Below are positions 1 to 6,803 of a DNA stretch of 64,000 nucleotides, one piece after another. The notes below the pieces were generated by a model. The model saw nothing but the letters and a program-made list of their open reading frames with translations. It was not told where the DNA came from and ran no database searches. This DNA comes from Candidatus Micrarchaeota archaeon (lineage in GTDB: Archaea > Micrarchaeota > Micrarchaeia > Anstonellales > J096), in assembly GCA_026982895.1 (NCBI GenBank), contig JALWQW010000019.1:16500-80499 (forward strand). Direction: 5' to 3'. A program made the translations under genes and the position numbers. The first letter of the stretch is position 1. Every line of letters begins with the position of its first letter.

Positions 1-451
1 CAAACATCAATAAAAGTTGAGCGGCATAGCCAGCCTCTCTCAAGGCGTTCAGCATGATTGTGGAGTGGGTAAAACACACACCTTGTTTTGCATCCAACAT
101 AGCGTCAACATCTGCTATATCTCCCTTTGCGAAAAGTTTATACTTAAAGCTCCTCACCTCTGTCATCAATGATGATATATCCTCCAATGAGCGTAAACCT
201 TTATGGGCTTCAACAAGAGCTTTCACTTTAGACGAGGCTTTAATAGGTATAATATTCGGTTGATCCTCATTATAATAGGGTATTGTGACAGTTTTTTTAA
301 CAGGATAGGGTTCTAAAGCTCTATCGACGAAAACATCTCCAGCTATTGCTAAAACTGATGTTGTGATGAGCACCTTAGCTACCTTTTTGGCGCTTTTTTT
401 AATTTTTGTTTTGGCATGCTGCCACGATTCCCTGAATCTACTTAATGCCAT
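1..451 (-). CDS. Membrane-anchored transglutaminase-like (papain-fold) protein, 3' part runs off the window edge
   Basis: Not in the ORF track. Hand translation from ATG at 451 stays open to base 1: MALSRFRESWQHAKTKIKKSAKKVAKVLITTSVLAIAG...DAMLDAKQGVCFTHSTIMLNALREAGYAAQLL. Basic N-terminus, hydrophobic anchor and a G-x-C...L-R-x-x-G transglutaminase-like core motif. TTTTAAAA at 473-480. Confidence 0.6.
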   Translation of the reverse strand, partial: MALSRFRESWQHAKTKIKKSAKKVAKVLITTSVLAIAGDVFVDRALEPYPVKKTVTIPYYNEDQPNIIPIKASSKVKALVEAHKGLRSLEDISSLMTEVRSFKYKLFAKGDIADVDAMLDAKQGVCFTHSTIMLNALREAGYAAQLLLMF

Positions 452-485
452 ATAATATTAATGTAGGGAAGGTTTTAAAAAGTGT

Positions 486-1484
486 TCAGTTATGTTTAAT
501 AGTGCTATTATTCAAATTATTTAATCTTACTGCTACACTCTCAGAGTATTTAGACGCTATCTCAATATCTTTAACCTTCTCATAACCACTTTTCTTTGCG
601 TTGTCTTTTAACTTATACAATCTTATATGCGGTATGCCTAAAGCATAAGCATATGCCAACCACTTACCCCACATAGATATGTCCTTTGGCCCATATTTCT
701 TCATTAAGCTTTCGTCTTTCAATAATTTGGCAAATCTGTTCCATTTCAATCGCTCCATATAAGCATCTTTTGATGAATATCGGCCTAATAAATGATTCCC
801 TTTAAATATATACAATCCATAAATTATTAGAGGTTCTACACCAAGTCCTACCACCCATGGAACAACCCAGTTAGCGTGGAACAGTGTAATGGTTATAGTT
901 CCTATAATTAATGTTGCAACACCGACACCAAGACATATTTTTGTGAAGATATCCTCACCATTTGTATCATATAAATAAGCGAGGCTTCTTGCATAGAATT
1001 GTAAGTGTCTCTCTAAACCCTGTGCTATAAATTCATCTATTCCATCAACTTTTCTTTTATTCAACCATTCGAAAATATGGGCTAAGTATGGATTGAATTC
1101 TTTCTTTATAGCTTTCATATTTTTCACATAAAGTATGTTATTTCTTATTTCTACAAGACCTTTTAAAAGCGCTTCCATAATTAAAGGTGGCAGATCTTTT
1201 TGTGGCGATGTTTCTAAGGGCAATTCTCTAAATGCTATACTTACCTCATAGGCAGCTCTATTTTTTGGAGGTGCGTGCATGGTTTCTGGAAGTCTATCTT
1301 CATTAACTTTCGGCTTTTGCCCGTATTTTATATACAATAGCACGATACATAGAGAAATGATAAATCCTGCAATTAACGGTGCATAATTATCTATATTCCT
1401 ACCAAACCCAAAGAAAAATTGAAATAATAAACCAATAATCACCGGCGCCGTTATAAACAATAACAATCCTCTTCCTTCGCTCAT
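486..1484 (-). CDS. DUF2207-like predicted membrane protein
   Basis: Several TM segments. C-terminal W..F...L.D...MWGKWLAYAYALG matches the DUF2207 C-terminal pattern. Confidence 0.6.
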   Translation of the reverse strand: MSEGRGLLLFITAPVIIGLLFQFFFGFGRNIDNYAPLIAGFIISLCIVLLYIKYGQKPKVNEDRLPETMHAPPKNRAAYEVSIAFRELPLETSPQKDLPPLIMEALLKGLVEIRNNILYVKNMKAIKKEFNPYLAHIFEWLNKRKVDGIDEFIAQGLERHLQFYARSLAYLYDTNGEDIFTKICLGVGVATLIIGTITITLFHANWVVPWVVGLGVEPLIIYGLYIFKGNHLLGRYSSKDAYMERLKWNRFAKLLKDESLMKKYGPKDISMWGKWLAYAYALGIPHIRLYKLKDNAKKSGYEKVKDIEIASKYSESVAVRLNNLNNSTIKHN

Positions 1485-1501
1485 ACACTAACCTCAAAAT
1501 G

Positions 1502-1644
1502 TGCCGCGGGGGGGATTTGAACCCCCGACTTCTAGATGACTCAGAGCTTTTGAGCATCACCACTTAACCATGATGGTTAAGTTCAGCACTCATAGGCATA
1601 GCCCCTATGAGTCTAGCGCTCTGGCCAAACTGAGCTACCGCGGC
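1502..1644 (-). tRNA. tRNA-Met(CAT), elongator type, with a 68-nt intron at 37/38 (intron 1538..1605)
   Basis: Cloverleaf GCCGCGG/CCGCGGC, anticodon arm CTAGA-CTCATA^A-TCTAG, T-loop TTCAAAT. Bulge-helix-bulge: GGGC/GCTC, bulge TAG, CTCA/TGAG, bulge TCA. No A1:U72 pair or GGG/CCC anticodon stem, so not the initiator. Ile2 is not fully excluded. Confidence 0.95.
1538..1605 (-). ncRNA. Candidate intron-encoded box C/D guide RNA for Cm34 of pre-tRNA-Met
   Basis: Intron reads GGG-GCTATGC-CTATGAGTG-CTGA-ACTTAACCA-TCA-TGGTTAAGT-G-GTGATGC-TCAAAAGCT-CTGA-GTC. CCTATGAGT is complementary to ACTCATAGG, and the fifth base upstream of CTGA pairs with C34. Confidence 0.65.
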
Positions 1645-1668
1645 TCTTCCCTATTTACAGAGAGAATA

Positions 1669-1681
1669 TTTTAAAAGGTTG
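1669..1681 (-). promoter_or_regulatory. BRE/TATA promoter of tRNA-Met
   Basis: AAACC-TTTTAAAA on the minus strand, 24 nt upstream of the tRNA 5' end. Similar boxes lie upstream of tRNA-Ser and tRNA-Arg. Confidence 0.7.
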
Positions 1682-1750
1682 ATGATGTCCTGGCCATTAA
1701 CGGCATGCAGAGGTTTTCAAGTTAAATTCATCATTACATATTACATGGTA

Positions 1751-2278
1751 ATGGATAAAAGCTTCATGCGAGGTCAGGGTGGTGTTGAGTATATTGTGCT
1801 TATAGGTGCTGTTTTTGTCATAACCATATTAGTGCTTTACTTGTTGGTCTATGGTTTCCGAGGGCATAGTGATACTATCTCCGTTAGAAATAGTCAGACC
1901 CATATAGGACTTCTCACACCCATAGGGATACCTATTTTTACAGTAGATCAGAGTAGAAGTTATTGTTGTTATGATAATTATAAATGGTGTCGTTGTTATA
2001 AGCTTCAAGTGATTAATAATCACCTTGATAAGCGAGTTAAACTTCTTAATATAGAATTGGATGGCTACAATATTTCTTATTCTTCTCATGGCTGGAACTT
2101 ATGGTTGGATCCTGGTGCGAGTGTTGATACATATACAAGAGCTCTCCCAAGCAGTCATTATTGTAGGTATGGCACAACCAAAACATTTGAATCAGTTCGT
2201 ATATATTATAATACATCAAGTGGTGGGCCATATATAGAAACTTCTCCTGTTTCTTTGAAGGTTATGTGCCCTCAATAG
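1751..2278 (+). CDS. Class III signal peptide (type IV pilin-like) protein, Cys-rich
   Basis: MDKSFMRG|QGGVEYIVLIGAVFVITILVLYLL: RG cleavage site, +1 Q, +5 E, then a hydrophobic helix. Start moved from 1679 to 1751. Confidence 0.75.
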   Translation: MDKSFMRGQGGVEYIVLIGAVFVITILVLYLLVYGFRGHSDTISVRNSQTHIGLLTPIGIPIFTVDQSRSYCCYDNYKWCRCYKLQVINNHLDKRVKLLNIELDGYNISYSSHGWNLWLDPGASVDTYTRALPSSHYCRYGTTKTFESVRIYYNTSSGGPYIETSPVSLKVMCPQ

Positions 2279-2295
2279 TTCTAATTATATATCTC

Positions 2296-2967
2296 TCAAT
2301 TTGTTTTTAACTTTTCTATCTCCTTTGCCAGCATTTCTTTATTTTTACTGTATTTAAGTTTACCTCCTATTTTTCCTATATAAGTAGAGGTTTCAATGGA
2401 AAGCTTCTCTTTTACGAAGGGCTCATAAATAATAGTTGTAAAGTTCGCACCAGCTTTTATGGCGGGGTGAATATCTTTCCCTCTTATATTAATACTTTTC
2501 TTTTTGCCTCCTATAAGCTTGTAAATATAGTATGCGTAGCTAAGCTCGCCCATGGACCCCAGGCTTGTACCTAAGTATAAAATAGCATCTCCAAAAAGCC
2601 CTATGAGCATGTCTTGCTCATACCATGTGCCTGTATCTATGAAATCGTCGAAGATTTTTCTTTCCTGCCCATTGACATCTAATGTTGCATTCATATAAGG
2701 TTTAAGATGTTCTATACCAAAGGTTTTGTCTTGAAAAGGCACTGTCCCTATGACACGTGTTCCGCCCATTTCCTTATAAGCTTTAGCTATCTCGAAGCTT
2801 ATACCTTTATCTGGCAACAACACGAGTTCAACATGGCTTTTTACCAATGTTTCTGCTATACCCCTTATTTCCCTTATTAGTGCTTCTCTATCCATACCGA
2901 GGAGCTCTTCATAGTAATATGCGACGTCACCAGGCCCTATAATAACGATGCGCGTATTTCCTTCCAT
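2296..2967 (-). CDS. SLOG (LOG/DprA-like) superfamily Rossmann-fold protein
   Basis: RIVIIGPG; LPDKGISFEIAKAYKEMGGTRVIGTVP; GDAILYLGTSLGSMGELSYA, which parallels the LOG pattern D.fi.lPGGxGTxxE. Confidence 0.6.
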   Translation of the reverse strand: MEGNTRIVIIGPGDVAYYYEELLGMDREALIREIRGIAETLVKSHVELVLLPDKGISFEIAKAYKEMGGTRVIGTVPFQDKTFGIEHLKPYMNATLDVNGQERKIFDDFIDTGTWYEQDMLIGLFGDAILYLGTSLGSMGELSYAYYIYKLIGGKKKSINIRGKDIHPAIKAGANFTTIIYEPFVKEKLSIETSTYIGKIGGKLKYSKNKEMLAKEIEKLKTN

Positions 2968-3009
2968 AATCCTTTTCTTGCTCTAAATGTTTAAAAATTA
3001 ATGATTAAA

Positions 3010-4041
3010 TCAGCATAGCTCCTTGAGCCCTGCTAATCCTTCTCTAACCTCATCGTTGCTCCCCGCCAAAGAAATGCGCACGAATTCGCTGTAAGGGCCG
3101 AAAGCTTCTCCAGGGACGACAGCCACTCCTTTGTTTAAGGCCTTAATGGCAAAATCAGCACCATTACCGACCTTCGGAAAGATGTAGAAGCCCGCCTGTG
3201 GTTCAATAAAAGGGCAGGACAATAACTCTTTGGCAGCCGTTAGATTCTCAATGAAGTTTTTCTTTATAGCCTCGCTTATAGAGGGCCAAAGCTCATAAGT
3301 ATCTGCAAGGGCTAATTGAAGAAAGCCAGGCACAGATGTAACTGTCAGTTTCATAAAGTTGCCTAACATTGAAATGAGGTCTTTATCTCCAATGACATAA
3401 CCTATTCTAAAACCAGCTAAGCCCAAAGATTTTGAGAATGAATAAACATGGACTGAATTCTCCAACGCCAATTTTTTCTTGGCTTTTTCTCCAATGATTA
3501 AATCTTCGTAAGCTTTATCCCATATAATGAAGCCATTCTCAGGCCCGTTTACTATTTGCCCTGTTGGATTACTTGGACTATTCACTATATAGATATCCGC
3601 ATCTCTCCATTCCTTCACTTTCCACTTGTCTTCAAAATGTGTTGGTGTAGGAATATATTCTTTCCTCACTTCTTTAGCTATCAACTCGTATGCGCTCCAA
3701 TAAGGGGCGGCAGCCCCCACACTTTTCCCTTCTAACAGCTTCAAAAGAGCGTATAAGGCGAACTTTGAGCCTGGCGTTATGAGAACATTGTCTATATCGA
3801 CATCGTGTTTTTCTGCCAATTTCTCTATAAGGGGTGCTTCTCCTTTGAAAGGGCTATAGCCTACCTTACCTTCCTTCAAGCGCTCCTTCACAGCCTCGAC
3901 TATTTCCTTCGGTGGCTTCATTTTCACTTCGCCAACATTCATCTCTATGATGTGTTCGCCCCTTGCCCTCTTTTTATAGACCTCTTCAGATATTTTATAT
4001 AATATACTACTTGACATTCTATCCCTCTTCATATGAACCAA
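3010..4041 (-). CDS. PLP-dependent aminotransferase class I/II (aspartate/aromatic)
   Basis: VGE, NSPSNPTG, DKAY, SFSKSLGLAGFRIGY (PLP lysine), PG.AFG and VRIS motifs. Overlaps the pheA stop. Confidence 0.9.
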   Translation of the reverse strand: MVHMKRDRMSSSILYKISEEVYKKRARGEHIIEMNVGEVKMKPPKEIVEAVKERLKEGKVGYSPFKGEAPLIEKLAEKHDVDIDNVLITPGSKFALYALLKLLEGKSVGAAAPYWSAYELIAKEVRKEYIPTPTHFEDKWKVKEWRDADIYIVNSPSNPTGQIVNGPENGFIIWDKAYEDLIIGEKAKKKLALENSVHVYSFSKSLGLAGFRIGYVIGDKDLISMLGNFMKLTVTSVPGFLQLALADTYELWPSISEAIKKNFIENLTAAKELLSCPFIEPQAGFYIFPKVGNGADFAIKALNKGVAVVPGEAFGPYSEFVRISLAGSNDEVREGLAGLKELC

Positions 4042-4993
4042 GCACTTTGTATTTGTTAAGTTTTCCCAGAGCTCTCTTAACGCGCTCTTCTTTTAAAGAC
4101 CCATCAAATTCCACTGCAAAGAAATACTCCCAGGGTTCATTAGGCATGGGCCTCGATTCAAGCCTTGTTAAGTTTATGTTTTCTTCGTCGAAGGCTTTTA
4201 AGGCTTTTAGAAGGGCTCCGGGCTCGTGATGGACATACAAGATAAGGGCTGTCTTGTTACCGTTTTCCCTCATTTTGGTGGAGATGAGTGCAAAGCGCGT
4301 GTAGTTTCTCGACGGGCCGATGTCTTCCTCCAATATTTTAGCATTATAAATCTCAGCAGCCCTCTTGCTAGCTATCGCGCCATTTTCTTTCTCATCTTTT
4401 TCCATTATATCCTTAACAGCCCCTGCTGTGTCATACCACTTTATTGGCTTTAATCCCTTTTTGGTTAAATACTCAGAACATTGAATCAATGCTTGAGGAT
4501 GGGAATACACTTCTTTTATGTCGTTTATCTTAGCTTTTGCTATTCCTATGAGATTATGGACAATTCTGTGCTTGTATGTTGCTAGCATATACACATTGTA
4601 ATGGTGAAATAACGACCAAACATCTCCTACGCTGCCTCCTGTTGTGTTTTCCAGAGGAACAAAGCCATATTCGGCCTTGCCTTTAACTACATCTTCGAAC
4701 ACGCTTTGAAATGTGTCTCTGTAAATGGGCTCGGCAGAGGGAATGAAGTGCTTTAATGCTTCATCTGTGAACGAGCCTTTTTCTCCCTGTATACTTATTT
4801 TTGGTTTAAGCTCTTTAAGAGCTTCTTTGATAGTAACTTCAAATATTTCCTTTAACCATTCTTTATTAGATTCTCCTTTTGGAATGAATAAGTTTCCGTT
4901 GTTGTCTTTAGCATTCATCTCTTTTATCAGTTGAACCCTTTCTTCCAACAGCTTCGCTATTTTTTCGTCTAATGATTCTATGCTTTTGTCCAT
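4019..4993 (-). CDS. pheA: Chorismate mutase-like domain fused to prephenate dehydratase with ACT domain
   Basis: QGEKGSFT, PLENTTGG, SHPQALIQC, NYTRF, NLTRLESRP. Short N-terminal AroQ-like segment LDEKIAKLLEER. Confidence 0.92.
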   Translation of the reverse strand: MDKSIESLDEKIAKLLEERVQLIKEMNAKDNNGNLFIPKGESNKEWLKEIFEVTIKEALKELKPKISIQGEKGSFTDEALKHFIPSAEPIYRDTFQSVFEDVVKGKAEYGFVPLENTTGGSVGDVWSLFHHYNVYMLATYKHRIVHNLIGIAKAKINDIKEVYSHPQALIQCSEYLTKKGLKPIKWYDTAGAVKDIMEKDEKENGAIASKRAAEIYNAKILEEDIGPSRNYTRFALISTKMRENGNKTALILYVHHEPGALLKALKAFDEENINLTRLESRPMPNEPWEYFFAVEFDGSLKEERVKRALGKLNKYKVLGSYEEG

Positions 4994-5065
4994 GCTAAAT
5001 ATGTGCAGGGAAATAAATAAAAAGTGCTTTACCTCTTTTAAATACTTCTTTCCATATAAGGTTAT

Positions 5066-5836
5066 ATGAGGCGAGTCTTTAGAGGCGTTTCACCAAAAAT
5101 TGCAGAGAGTATTGCTGAGAAGACAGGCTTATATAATGCTAAGAAATTTGAGCTTGTTTTGGTCGCTATTACTTTCATTATAGTTACAGGCATTTTTTAT
5201 TACTCAATCTATAATACTGTCAATGATGATCTAAAGGTCGCATATAATAAATGCATTGCTATAAAACACTTCGATATAAACACAACCCTGCCGAAAATCG
5301 AGGGAAGAGAGCTTTGCGGCGATGTTGAAAGGATGAGTTTTAGCACGTTCAAGGAATCTCACTTTTCTGAATTTGTTAGGAAGGAGATATTGTTTTACTC
5401 TTTGCCCTATGTTTTAGTTATCATCATAACTGCTGTAATTTTTATGTCTATATACGCACGGTTTTATGATAAAGTGGAGGTTTTTTATGACAGCACCGAA
5501 AATAAGATTCTCTCTATAAAAATAGGGCATAAGATTTACAAAGGCGAAGGCGGTTTAATAGACAGCTTTAGAGTGCAATCTCCCAAAGGACTTTTGGCCC
5601 GCTTAAAGGGTTCTTATGCTCTGATAAGTTTTTCTACAAGATATAGAATACCTGATTTTCCACTATTTGATAAAGTTTTACTCCCAAAGAAGGAACTTGA
5701 ATCTTTCTTGACATTCATGAGCAGTTTTGGAAATATAAAACGCTATGAAGAATGTTTAGATAACGATAAGAATTATGATGATTTGAAGGATTGCAATGAT
5801 ATTAAATATGGATTTAGGATTTTGAAAGAGGAATAA
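5066..5836 (+). CDS. Hypothetical membrane protein (2 TM)
   Basis: 256-aa ORF with two hydrophobic helices and no recognised motif. Confidence 0.55.
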   Translation: MRRVFRGVSPKIAESIAEKTGLYNAKKFELVLVAITFIIVTGIFYYSIYNTVNDDLKVAYNKCIAIKHFDINTTLPKIEGRELCGDVERMSFSTFKESHFSEFVRKEILFYSLPYVLVIIITAVIFMSIYARFYDKVEVFYDSTENKILSIKIGHKIYKGEGGLIDSFRVQSPKGLLARLKGSYALISFSTRYRIPDFPLFDKVLLPKKELESFLTFMSSFGNIKRYEECLDNDKNYDDLKDCNDIKYGFRILKEE

Positions 5837-5890
5837 TTAATTTTAAGTTGCTTATTGAATACTTTTAAAGATTGCTGACGAAATGCAAAC

Positions 5891-6505
5891 ATGGAGCTAA
5901 TTCAAGAAGTAAATGAATTTGTAAGGGAGTTAAGCGAAGGTGAAGGCACCGGGCATGATTATTATCATGCTTTAAGAGTGTGGAGAAACGCCAAGGAGAT
6001 TGCGAAGGATTTTGATGTAGATATGGAAGTAATTGAGATAAGTGCATTAATCCATGATTTGATAGATGAGAAAGTGGAGCTAATAAGCAAAGATGAGTTA
6101 ATAAAAAAATTAAGAGACTTTGGTGTTGAAGATAAGAAAATTCAGCAGGTTATGGATGTGGTTGAGAAGATAAGTTTTAGCAAGAACATTCCTAAAGATG
6201 AGCTTAGTTTAGAGGCAAAGATTGTCCAAGATGCCGATAGGTTAGATGCTTTAGGAGCCATTGGGATAGCAAGAGTTTTTACATACTCTGGAAAAACCGG
6301 ACGGCCTATTCATGATCCAAGGATAAAACCGATACTTGATAAGAGGATTAGGAGCAAGACAGCAATAAATCATTTTTATGAGAAGCTCTTTCGTCTAAAG
6401 GATGAAATGAATACGCAGAAAGCCAAAAGAATGGCGAAGGCAAGAGAAGAGATAATGAAGAGCTTTTTGGAACAGTTTTATGCGGAGTGGGAAGGGAGAA
6501 AGTGA
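5891..6505 (+). CDS. HD-domain phosphohydrolase (YedJ-like)
   Basis: GHDYYHALRV, ALIHD, VQDADRLDALGAIGIARVF, HFYEKL. Confidence 0.9.
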   Translation: MELIQEVNEFVRELSEGEGTGHDYYHALRVWRNAKEIAKDFDVDMEVIEISALIHDLIDEKVELISKDELIKKLRDFGVEDKKIQQVMDVVEKISFSKNIPKDELSLEAKIVQDADRLDALGAIGIARVFTYSGKTGRPIHDPRIKPILDKRIRSKTAINHFYEKLFRLKDEMNTQKAKRMAKAREEIMKSFLEQFYAEWEGRK

Positions 6506-6575
6506 TGGGGTATATAGAGCATATCTTGGAATTATTCTCTAATTGCTTTATTTAACAATTTACTGAAAGTCCAAA

Positions 6576-6648
6576 AGCCCCCGGAGGGATTCGAACCCCC
6601 GACCTGCCGCTTACAAGGCGGCCGCTCTAACCGCTGAGCTACGGAGGC
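6576..6648 (-). tRNA. tRNA-Thr(TGT)
   Basis: GCCTCCG acceptor, GCCGC-CTTGTAA-GCGGC anticodon arm, TTCGAAT T-loop. Confidence 0.97.
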
Positions 6649-6803
6649 AGCTCTTCTATAAAAAAAGAGGAAGAATTTTTAAGCTTACCGTGTAATCCTT
6701 TTGCCCATTGCTCCATCCATAAATTGTTTCTGTTCGTTGGGAATTTTTCCTCAATTCTCTCACTTCATAAGCTTTTACTTATAACCAGTCAATAACTCCT
6801 CAA

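Noticed and set aside
54-263. Plus-strand 69-aa ORF
   Set aside because: It is antisense to the transglutaminase-like frame, which has recognisable motifs and a promoter.
1502-1644. Initiator tRNA-Met
   Set aside because: It has G1:C72 rather than A1:U72 and lacks three consecutive G:C pairs in the anticodon stem.
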